The translations under genes were made by a program, and so were the position numbers. Under the pieces are notes generated by a model. It was not told the DNA's origin and made no database searches. It was given only the letters and a program-made list of their open reading frames with translations. A stretch of 64,000 bases of DNA, taken from Bacteroidales bacterium (GTDB lineage: Bacteria; Bacteroidota; Bacteroidia; Bacteroidales; ML635J-15). Positions 11,501 to 20,270 of the stretch are shown here, in pieces. Each line of letters starts with the position of its first letter. The stretch's first letter is position 1. The stretch is taken from NCBI GenBank assembly GCA_035343375.1, contig DAOQYW010000001.1, positions 28,695-92,694 on the forward strand, read 5' to 3'.

Positions 11501-12760
11501 TAAATTAAAAATACCGTCATTACCATTCAAATAAGATGGGACGAATAGAATTTTAACTTTATCTTCCGGTCTATTAAAAAGTCCGTTGGCTTTTATTCTG
11601 CTTAAAATTGGATCGTATTCAGAATCATGCAGATTGTGAGTAAGAAAATTATTCTCAATATGTCTCTCTCCATCTAAATTCTCAAGAACATTCAATAAAG
11701 GTCTTGACGGACCGTAATTGTTACCCGGTACTAAAATATATGCCAGGACTTCTTGCTTTATCTCTTGTTTATTTAATTCTCCTAAAGCATCTATAAATAA
11801 ATCAAACCCTTTATTGTAGAACTCATATCTACCTGAAGTTGATATAATTACAGGTTCTTTAGAATAGGAATAATTACAAAGAATTTCAGCAATTTTAATG
11901 AACTTTTCTCGTGCTATCGTTCTTTTGTCTTTATATTCTGTTGTTTTAGGAACAAAATTGTTTTCAAAACCATTAGGGGTTACTACATCTACTTCCTTTT
12001 TTAAAAATTGAGAACATTCTGCAGCAGTAATACTACTTACAGTGGTAAAGACATCAGCATTTTGAGCACTTAATTTCTCAAGGCTTTGTTTTGATGATAT
12101 ATTTAATTCACGTGCAATTAGGTCACCATTATACTGGCTTAGATTTTTATATAATGGCAATCTGTTTCCTGCAATACTGCGACCCACTGTAGTAGCATGT
12201 GTTGTAAATACTGTAGCAACATGAGGCATTTGTTTTTTTAGATAAAGAATTCCTGTCCCAGTCATCCACTCATGAAAATGAGCAATAACTTTATCGTGAA
12301 CAAATAAATTAAAATTTACAAAACTCTCTATTACTTTTGCAGCAGCATAACCGAATAGTGCAGGTTCAATATAATCCCACTGTCCGGCTAATGAATCGAG
12401 TTTATATTCTTCCCAAAAACTAAAAAGAATTGCATCTTTCTGACTAATATAGTTCGAAAAATCTATAAGTAATACTTTGGGGGTTCCTTGAATATTCCAT
12501 CTACCTGTACGAATTCGTATCCCTTCTGTCTCAGTTTTTCTGTGCCAGTCCGAAAAAAGTGAGTTATCTTCAACAAATTCAGGATGATCTGTTGACTCTC
12601 GCCATGTGTCAGGACCAATCAAAATTAGCTCTTTACAGTTTTTTGCTAATTCAATTGACTTAGTGGATATCACTGTGTGTATTCCACCAACTTTATTGCA
12701 TACTTCCCAACTAACTTCAAAAACATAATCAGGTCTTACAATTTTACTAATATCGTACAT
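8525..12760 (-). CDS. Fused glycogen synthase (GT3-like N-terminal half) / alpha-glucan phosphorylase (GT35-like C-terminal half)
   Basis: 1411-aa ORF. The N-terminus [21 protein letters not shown] is typical of eukaryote-type glycogen synthases. The C-terminal half carries phosphorylase-like segments ([55 protein letters not shown]), including the PLP-lysine context TSGMK. Confidence 0.85.
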   Translation of the reverse strand: [1411 protein letters not shown]

Positions 12761-12971
12761 TTTTATATAGTTTTATATGATTATTTTTCGTCTAATTAAT
12801 ATTAAAAACAAAAATAATAAAATATAATTAAATCTTCTCCTAAGTTATGTTACCGTTTTATTATCATTTACACCTTTAATATTAATCATTGGCTAAAGTA
12901 AAATATAAATATTTGATTTTAAAAACTGTTCGTATTGTTTTTTTCAATAATTTTACACAGTTAATTTTTAT

Positions 12972-13217
12972 ATGATGAAAAAAGTTAAAGTCTATTTTTG
13001 GCTAAAAGCAGCAGGTTTGCTCTCCGCATTGATTGTTTTATTGATTGGAACAAATGCTTGTCGCGACAGAAGGCATGTTACAAAATATGGGCCTCCACCT
13101 ACTGATTATGATTACGATCAAACAATTACAAAATATGGTGTACCTGTAGATTATGAGGAGATTAATTTTATTGAAGAAGATACAACAAAAGTTAACGTAG
13201 AACCTGAATTGCACTAA
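12972..13217 (+). CDS. Small putative lipoprotein / candidate radical-SAM substrate (81 aa)
   Basis: Signal peptide MMKKVKVYFWLKAAGLLSALIVLLIGTNAC with a Cys at its end. The mature part is acidic and aromatic, with two copies of a TKYG.P..DY motif (VTKYGPPPTDYDYD, ITKYGVPVDYEE). It lies 64 nt upstream of the rSAM gene on the same strand. Confidence 0.55.
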   Translation: MMKKVKVYFWLKAAGLLSALIVLLIGTNACRDRRHVTKYGPPPTDYDYDQTITKYGVPVDYEEINFIEEDTTKVNVEPELH

Positions 13218-13281
13218 AATTAAAACTATTATCAAGTTTTCCATTCCACTAATTAACCTTGTCTAACAAGTATTCTGTTCA

Positions 13282-14343
13282 ATGCAAAAAAAAATTGCTC
13301 AAAAACTTCACAATCAATACATTAAAGCTCAATCAAAGCTTCACAAATTAAACTACTTCTTTTGGGAATGTACGTCAAACTGTAATCTTTCGTGTCTTCA
13401 TTGCGGAAGTGACTGCAAGGTGATTCCTGATATTAAGGATATGCCAGTAGAAGATTTTATTGGTATAGCAAAACAAGTAGCCAAAAAATATAACCCTAAC
13501 GAAGTAATGATAGTATTAACGGGAGGAGAGCCTCTAATGAGAAAAGACCTCCCCGAATTTGGCAAGAAAATTACAGCTCTGGGTTTTCCCTGGGGTATGG
13601 TTAGCAATGGCTATTTGTGGACACCTGAGTTGTTTCGCACATTAAGAAATAGTGGTCTTCGATCGGCAACTATAAGTTTAGATGGTCTGGAGGCTAATCA
13701 CGACTGGCTAAGAGGGAAAACCGGGTCTTTTCAAAGAGCGATAAATGCAATTAGTTTACTAACCTCTGAGAAAGGAATGGTTTATGATGTCGTTACTTGT
13801 GTCAATCAAAGAAACATTACAGAATTGGACAACATCAAAGATTTGCTTATAAAAACAGGAGTAAAAAAATGGAGGCTTTTTGTAATAGATCCTATTGGAA
13901 GGGCAGCATCTAATCCCGAATTACTACTGGACTCAAAGCAATTTAAATACGTTTTGGACTTTATTGTAGAAAACCGAAATGGTAAAGAAATTTCGACAAG
14001 TTACGGTTGCGATGGATATTTAGATGATTATGAAACGAAAATCAGAGATGGATTCTTCTTCTGCAGAGCCGGTGTTCATGTTGCATCTATTTTGTCAAAT
14101 GGTGACATTTGTGCATGTCCGAATATTAACAGAGGCTTTGTTCAAGGTAATATATATAATGATAATTTTCTCGATATTTGGGAGAATAAATTTATAGAAT
14201 TCAGAAACCGAAGTGTTTTCAAAACAGGCATTTGCAAAGATTGTAAAGAATGGAGTAATTGCCGAAGCGATGGCATGCATTTACACGAACCTGGAAATGA
14301 AAGTCCATTAATCTGTTATAATAAACTTCTCAGAGGAAATTGA
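13282..14343 (+). CDS. Radical SAM / SPASM domain protein
   Basis: CNLSCLHC (Cx3Cx2C) near the N-terminus and GGEPL shortly after. The C-terminal Cys cluster CRAGVHVASILSNGDICACPN...CKDCKEWSNCRSDG is typical of the SPASM auxiliary Fe-S domain. Confidence 0.9.
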   Translation: MQKKIAQKLHNQYIKAQSKLHKLNYFFWECTSNCNLSCLHCGSDCKVIPDIKDMPVEDFIGIAKQVAKKYNPNEVMIVLTGGEPLMRKDLPEFGKKITALGFPWGMVSNGYLWTPELFRTLRNSGLRSATISLDGLEANHDWLRGKTGSFQRAINAISLLTSEKGMVYDVVTCVNQRNITELDNIKDLLIKTGVKKWRLFVIDPIGRAASNPELLLDSKQFKYVLDFIVENRNGKEISTSYGCDGYLDDYETKIRDGFFFCRAGVHVASILSNGDICACPNINRGFVQGNIYNDNFLDIWENKFIEFRNRSVFKTGICKDCKEWSNCRSDGMHLHEPGNESPLICYNKLLRGN

Positions 14344-14347
14344 AAAA

Positions 14348-15529
14348 TTATTTTTCAATTCTTATAATAAAATCACTAAGAATATTCATGTAGTTTACAA
14401 AAGCTTCGTATGGAGAGTTATAAGGATTGAAGTACTTATGGACATCTCCGTCCGAAAACCATTTGGTACACATATAATAGAAGTGGTCTGAAGTCTGAAG
14501 ATATAACCAATCTTTCCAAATTTCAGGATCGTTAATTTCTTTTACTCTGTCATAACATTGATACAAATTATTAAAAGCCTCATCCTGAAGTTCGTTTCCC
14601 AACCATGCTGTTAAATCTCTCTCTTCATCTGCCCACGAAATAGGATATGGAACGTGTATTGCTCCAACAGGATCAACTTTCTTAACTATTTCCGACGGAG
14701 TATTAAATTTAAAGTTAGAGTATTTTAAAACTGCATTAGGAAAAGCCTTTAAAAATTCGAAGATACCGGTTTCTTTCCATTGATGTTCGCCAAATGTTTC
14801 ATAATCCATAAATAAATTGATTATCTCATCTTTAGGATCAAGAGCGTTTAACCATGAAACAAACTTTTCGGTAGTAAGAGGGAATTCCTGCCAATCGTGA
14901 TTTGAAAATCTAAATGCGATATCATCAGACAGTTTAAAATTCTTCAATAAAACTTTCAATTTCGGATTAATCGCATTACAATATAAATAATTTGGACTTT
15001 TCCATCCCAGGACATGTTTTGCTCCTTCTGTTATCATTCCTTTATAGCCCATATCGGCAACATATTCTCCTATCCAATCTGAATAAATAAGCTCGGTATT
15101 TCTAAAGACTTTCGGTTCTACACCAAAAACTTGTTTAACTTTATCTCTGTGTAGTTTTACCTGTCTTTCAAATTCTTCTCTATTTTTTAACGCAGACAAT
15201 GAGTGAGAATATGTTTCTGATAATATTTCAACCTTACCGGTATCAACAAGTGCTCTAAAACTGTCAAGCACATCGGGAGCATACATTTCAAACTGATCAA
15301 TTGCAACACCTGAAATCGAATAAGCTATTTTAAAGTTGTTGCCATATTCGTTAATTAAATCTAAAAACGTTTTATTTGCAGGCAGATAACACTTTTCAGC
15401 AACTTTTCGCATAATGGTTTTGTTTTCAAAATCATTATAATAATAATGATCATTGCCGATATCAAAAAACTTATAACGCTTTAACCGGAAGGGCTGATGA
15501 ACCTGAAAATAAAAGCAAATCGTTCTCAT
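14348..15529 (-). CDS. Glycoside hydrolase family 57 (alpha-amylase / branching-enzyme-like)
   Basis: N-terminus MRTICFYFQVHQPFRLKRY is the characteristic GH57 start. Internal DYETFGEH-type segment. Sits in a glycogen gene context. Confidence 0.8.
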   Translation of the reverse strand: MRTICFYFQVHQPFRLKRYKFFDIGNDHYYYNDFENKTIMRKVAEKCYLPANKTFLDLINEYGNNFKIAYSISGVAIDQFEMYAPDVLDSFRALVDTGKVEILSETYSHSLSALKNREEFERQVKLHRDKVKQVFGVEPKVFRNTELIYSDWIGEYVADMGYKGMITEGAKHVLGWKSPNYLYCNAINPKLKVLLKNFKLSDDIAFRFSNHDWQEFPLTTEKFVSWLNALDPKDEIINLFMDYETFGEHQWKETGIFEFLKAFPNAVLKYSNFKFNTPSEIVKKVDPVGAIHVPYPISWADEERDLTAWLGNELQDEAFNNLYQCYDRVKEINDPEIWKDWLYLQTSDHFYYMCTKWFSDGDVHKYFNPYNSPYEAFVNYMNILSDFIIRIEK

Positions 15530-15550
15530 ATATAATGTTTTATTATAATT

Positions 15551-16840
15551 TTAAATATCTCCTAAAAGTGATTTATAAACCTCTCTGACCTTAAATGCTG
15601 AATTTTCCCACCTCAGATTTTCTACTTCTTGTTTACCGTATTTCTTAAACATCTTTGACAATCCTTCATAATGTAAAAGGCCGTAAATAGCATCAGCCAT
15701 ATCGTCAACATCCCAGAAATCAACTTTAAGAGCATGCTTCAATACCTCGGCAACTCCTGATTGTTTCGAAATAATCACAGGCACATCAGACATCATAGCT
15801 TCAAGAGGGGAAATTCCAAATGGTTCGCTAACAGATGGCATTACATAAACATCGCTCAACGAAAACATTTCGTACACCTCCTGTCCTTTCAAAAATCCTG
15901 CAAAATGAAATTTTGTTGCTATTCCGTGCTTTGCTACACGTTTTATCATTCTGTTTAACATGTCGCCACTACCAGCCATCACAAATCGGACATTAGGGTC
16001 TTTATCAATGACTTTTTTCGCAGCCTCGATAAAATAATCAGGGCCTTTCTGAAATGTAACTCTACCTAAAAAAGTAACAGTTTTTTCTTTAAATGCTTTA
16101 GTTAGTTTAAAATCTTCCGGTAAGGTAACAGGTTCAACAGAATTATGAACTGTTACTACTTTTTCGGCAGGAATTCCATATCTTTCAATTATTATTTTCC
16201 TTGTAAGATTACTAACAGCAATAACTTTATCTGCAGCTTCCATTCCCGCCCTTTCGATATCATAAACTCCTTGATTAATATTATCTCCACTACGATCGAA
16301 TTCTGTAGCATGCATGTGCACAACCAGTGGTTTACCAGAAACCTCCTTAGCTGCTATTCCTGCCGAATAGGTCAACCAATCATGAGCATGAATAATATCA
16401 AAATTATTTGAGGCTGCAATATAAGAAGCTATAAGAGCATATCTGGCAACTTCTTGAAACAAGTCTTTTCCATAAGACCCTGTAAAAGTAAATTTTGTTT
16501 TAAAAACCTGCTCTCTGTATTCAGATCCTAGAAAAATCTTTTTGTCATATATTTTTGCAAATTCTTCAGGGTCCATATACGGAATAAGATTTGAACCTAC
16601 TTCTAGATATCTGAACTTATCCCAAAATTCTTCATATTGCATTCTTTTTTCTGTAATAACAACATCTCCTGCATCCTTTAGCTGAATATGTTTTAAGTCT
16701 TCATCGCCATATGTTTTAGGTACAACGAAGATAACTTCTGTGCCAAAATTTGACAAGCCTTTTGTTAACCCATAACAAGCCGTTCCCAAACCCCCGGTAA
16801 TATGTGGCGGAAATTCCCACCCAAACATCAAAACTTTCAT
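15551..16840 (-). CDS. Glycosyltransferase family 4 (glycogen synthase-like)
   Basis: MKVLMFGWEFPPHITGGLGTACYGL N-terminus and a C-terminal GT-B segment (PSVSEPFGISPLEAM, E-x7-E type). Adjacent to GH57 and the debranching enzyme. Confidence 0.8.
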   Translation of the reverse strand: MKVLMFGWEFPPHITGGLGTACYGLTKGLSNFGTEVIFVVPKTYGDEDLKHIQLKDAGDVVITEKRMQYEEFWDKFRYLEVGSNLIPYMDPEEFAKIYDKKIFLGSEYREQVFKTKFTFTGSYGKDLFQEVARYALIASYIAASNNFDIIHAHDWLTYSAGIAAKEVSGKPLVVHMHATEFDRSGDNINQGVYDIERAGMEAADKVIAVSNLTRKIIIERYGIPAEKVVTVHNSVEPVTLPEDFKLTKAFKEKTVTFLGRVTFQKGPDYFIEAAKKVIDKDPNVRFVMAGSGDMLNRMIKRVAKHGIATKFHFAGFLKGQEVYEMFSLSDVYVMPSVSEPFGISPLEAMMSDVPVIISKQSGVAEVLKHALKVDFWDVDDMADAIYGLLHYEGLSKMFKKYGKQEVENLRWENSAFKVREVYKSLLGDI

Positions 16841-16912
16841 TTCTTTGCCTCCCCGGAAATTAAATTTGCAATATTTTTAATAATAATTATCATTTATTTC
16901 AATTGACTATAT

Positions 16913-18910
16913 CTAGTCTGTTTTAAATTTTTCTATTATGTTATAAATTCTGATGAGTTCTGCAACACTCCATGCCTGCGAAATAGCTCCTCTTGCTGTA
17001 TGAGGAGGATCCCCATCGTAAATTTCAGAGATAGTCCCAATGCCATTAATTGTCATTTCTTCTTCAAAAGAATTAAATATCTTTTCTACCATGGACAACC
17101 CACTTTTTTCATGAATTTTAAGATATGCATCACAGAAATGACCTAATATCCATGGCCAGGCTGTTCCCTGATGATATGCACTATCACGCTGTTCTTGAGA
17201 GCCTTCACAAATTCCAATATACGAAGGGTCATTTGGTGCTAATGATCGAATTCCTTTCGGTGTCAATAAAACTTTCCTGACAGTTTCCAATACTCTTTCT
17301 TGCATAGTGTCAGAAATCATTGAATATGGAAGAGAACAAGCAAAAATCTGATTTGGTCTTATTGCAAAATCTGAATATTCATAAGTTACATAATCGGCAA
17401 GGTACTGTTTCTCTTCAGACCAGAATTTTTCAATAAATGACAGCTGTGTTACTTCAGGCACAAACGACCACGAATAAACAAATTCATGATCATTATTAAA
17501 TTTAGCTAATTCAAGAGTAAACATTACTGCGTTATACCATAGTGCATTTATTTCCACATCAAAACCATGCCTAGGAGTAACCGGTTTGCCCCCAATTACT
17601 GCGTCCATCCACGTAAGAGCTCTTCCTGCTTCGCCTGCCCAAATCAATCCATTATCATGCATCTTAATTCCATAATGAGTACCATTACGATAATGCACGA
17701 GAATGTGTTTCATCTTACTGCCAAAATCATCCCATAACTGCTTTTTATTTTCTGTAAATTTAAGATATTCCTGCAATGTCCAAAAAAACCATAGAGGAGC
17801 ATCTACAGAATTCATAACAGTAGTTTCACCCATACCAATATTAGGAAACAATCCCTCATTCAATTCACTAGTCATGGTTTCTAAAACTTCTTTACAAGTT
17901 TTTATATCTCCGTTATAAAGACTAAGACCGGGTAAAGCAATGAAAGTATCTCTGCCCCATCTTCCAAACCATGGAAATCCGGCAATAATTTCTGTCTTTG
18001 AGTTACGCTTATAAATAAATTGTTGAGCAGAAGATTTTAAACACTCAATATATGTTTCTCTAGGTTGACGCTTATTTATCTCTGCATTAAATTTTCTGGA
18101 AATTGAAGATGGCTTTATTTCTTTAATCGACGCCGTAAATATAATACTTTCAGATTTTTTAATATCCATTTCAAAATAACCGGGGACATATAAATCCTCG
18201 TGGTAATCATATCCTCGGTTTTGCTCCTCTTGGTATTCTACATTATAATACCAATCAGGAACGTGAACATATTCCGGTTCCTTATTAAATTGCATATACA
18301 ATGATTTGTAACCATCGTACATTCTTACCTTAATACCATTTTCAACAGAAGTGTACTTTGTATTTACGAACAAGTTTGCCTTACTAAGTTTATGTACATT
18401 TCTAAATGCAAGAAATGGTTTAAATCTAAGCTTTGTATCTGGCTGAGAATCAAGTAAGGTATATTTTATCATTATTCTATCATCCTCACTTAAAATTCTC
18501 TCCATTTGTAAAACTACTCCACCAACACGATATACAATTCGAGGTATTACATCAATTTCAAAATCCCTAACATATTTGTGTCCTTTAGGGTCATAATTAT
18601 TCCCCGGGTATTTTCTAACTCCGAGATTGAAAACAGAATTGTTTTGAACTATTGAAACATCTAAAGCAGATAACAAAACATGATTATCATTATCAATGTC
18701 TTCCATTGGACAAACCAACAAGCCATGATATTTTCGGGTATTGCACCCAACAATAGTTGTGCTTGCATAAGTCCCTGCACGGTTAGTCCTTAACAACTCT
18801 CTATTAAGAGAGTATTCGAGATTAATCAGCTGTTGTTTATCAAACTTAATGTATCCCATTTCTAACTTTTTATAAATGTCTAACTTTGTCAATAACTTCA
18901 TAAGTATCAA
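16913..18910 (-). CDS. Glycogen debranching enzyme (amylo-alpha-1,6-glucosidase, GH133-like)
   Basis: 665-aa ORF with an N-terminal GDE_N-like region (LRTNRAGTYASTTIVGCNTRKYHGLL) and a C-terminal (alpha/alpha)6-like region (WFGRWGRDTFIALPGL, QGTAWPWILGHF). The true start is probably the internal Met at 18859 (MGYIKFDKQQL). Confidence 0.8.
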   Translation of the reverse strand: MILMKLLTKLDIYKKLEMGYIKFDKQQLINLEYSLNRELLRTNRAGTYASTTIVGCNTRKYHGLLVCPMEDIDNDNHVLLSALDVSIVQNNSVFNLGVRKYPGNNYDPKGHKYVRDFEIDVIPRIVYRVGGVVLQMERILSEDDRIMIKYTLLDSQPDTKLRFKPFLAFRNVHKLSKANLFVNTKYTSVENGIKVRMYDGYKSLYMQFNKEPEYVHVPDWYYNVEYQEEQNRGYDYHEDLYVPGYFEMDIKKSESIIFTASIKEIKPSSISRKFNAEINKRQPRETYIECLKSSAQQFIYKRNSKTEIIAGFPWFGRWGRDTFIALPGLSLYNGDIKTCKEVLETMTSELNEGLFPNIGMGETTVMNSVDAPLWFFWTLQEYLKFTENKKQLWDDFGSKMKHILVHYRNGTHYGIKMHDNGLIWAGEAGRALTWMDAVIGGKPVTPRHGFDVEINALWYNAVMFTLELAKFNNDHEFVYSWSFVPEVTQLSFIEKFWSEEKQYLADYVTYEYSDFAIRPNQIFACSLPYSMISDTMQERVLETVRKVLLTPKGIRSLAPNDPSYIGICEGSQEQRDSAYHQGTAWPWILGHFCDAYLKIHEKSGLSMVEKIFNSFEEEMTINGIGTISEIYDGDPPHTARGAISQAWSVAELIRIYNIIEKFKTD

Positions 18911-19147
18911 AATTATCTATATTTTTGGCTTTCCCAAAATCAATTTTCCAAAAATATTTGAATTTCATACTCAGCCTAGTTGACAGGTTGCTGCAAAAAT
19001 ATAAAATTTTTAAATACAAAGCAACTAAAACTTAGTTATAATCAAAAATTTGCCAAAATAAGACATAGAATCTATTCAAATAATTTTGAAAATAGCAAAA
19101 CTATGATTTAAAATATGATTGTATATGAATTTTATATTAATCTTATA

Positions 19148-19471
19148 TTATATCAATCCCAAATCAAGCAAGGCTTCTTCGCTCATCATACTTTTGGACC
19201 AGGGAGGATCAAAGACAATATTAATATTTACAGATCGCACATCTTCCAGTGCTTTTAAGGCAGATTGCACATCCTCAAGAAGACTGTCAACCATCGGGCA
19301 GTTAGGAGCCGTAAGTGTCATGTCTATTTCAACATCATAATTGTCGAGAACCTCAATTTTATAAATCAATCCAAGATCATATATGTTGACCGGGATTTCG
19401 GGATCATGAACTTGCTTGAGTGCAGAAACTATTTCCTGTTCTATTTTCGAAATTTTATCGCTCATAGTCAT
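19148..19471 (-). CDS. DUF59 / SUF-type Fe-S cluster assembly protein
   Basis: 107 aa with VHDPEIPVNIYDLGLIY...MTLTAPNCPM...FDPPWSKSMMSEEA, the classic MIP18/DUF59 pattern. Its start overlaps the upstream SufE-like stop. Confidence 0.8.
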   Translation of the reverse strand: MTMSDKISKIEQEIVSALKQVHDPEIPVNIYDLGLIYKIEVLDNYDVEIDMTLTAPNCPMVDSLLEDVQSALKALEDVRSVNINIVFDPPWSKSMMSEEALLDLGLI

Positions 19472-19890
19472 TTGCTTATTGATTTATATGCAAGTGCATA
19501 TAGCTTTAATTGCTTAACCATTGACATTAGTCCGTTTGAACGGGTCGGAGACAAATGTTGCTGCAATCCTGTCTTTTCGATAAAATATAATTCAGCATTT
19601 AAAATATCCTCCGGCTTCTGTCCCGATAATACACGGTTAAGAAGTGACGCTATTCCTTTTGTAATAATTGCATCACTATCAGCAGAAAATACAATTTTAC
19701 CATCTATTAATTCTGCGTGAAACCATACTTTTGACTGACAGCCTTCAATTAGATTCTTATCTGTTTTATATTCGTCCGGCATTACGGGCAGACTATTACC
19801 TAATTCTATTAAATAGGCATATTTGTCCATCCAGTCGTCAAATGCAGAAAACTCCAGAATTATTTCATCCTGAATTTCATTAATACTCAT
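19468..19890 (-). CDS. sufE: SufE-like cysteine desulfuration protein
   Basis: ELGNSLPVMPDEYKTDKNLIEGCQSKVWF contains the conserved SufE Cys context. I place the start at the Met of MSINEIQDEI (19890) rather than the longest ORF (19929). Confidence 0.75.
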   Translation of the reverse strand: MSINEIQDEIILEFSAFDDWMDKYAYLIELGNSLPVMPDEYKTDKNLIEGCQSKVWFHAELIDGKIVFSADSDAIITKGIASLLNRVLSGQKPEDILNAELYFIEKTGLQQHLSPTRSNGLMSMVKQLKLYALAYKSISK

Positions 19891-19912
19891 TTTAAAATAA
19901 TTTAATAATCGT

Positions 19913-20230
19913 CTACAAAATAGCGTCAAGTTTTGCGGTTAAAGTAGATTTTGGAACAGCTCCAACAACTTTGTCAACAACTTCACCATTTTTAAGGAAT
20001 AAAACTGTAGGAATATTTCTGATCCCGTATTTTACCGAAATGTCATTATTGCTATCAACATCTACTTTTCCAATTATAGCTTTATCACCGTATTCATTAT
20101 GCATTTCTTCGATAAGAGGTGCAATCATACGGCATGGTCCACACCAAACTGCCCAAAAGTCTAAAACTACTGGCTTTCCCGAATTCATTACCAATTCCTC
20201 AAAGTTTTTTTCATTAATTTCTAGTGCCAT
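19913..20230 (-). CDS. trxA: Thioredoxin
   Basis: 105 aa with the WCGPC active site (DFWAVWCGPCRMIAP). Confidence 0.9.
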   Translation of the reverse strand: MALEINEKNFEELVMNSGKPVVLDFWAVWCGPCRMIAPLIEEMHNEYGDKAIIGKVDVDSNNDISVKYGIRNIPTVLFLKNGEVVDKVVGAVPKSTLTAKLDAIL

Positions 20231-20270
20231 AATCTAATTTTTAAAGTTAATATTTTGCTAAATTATCATT

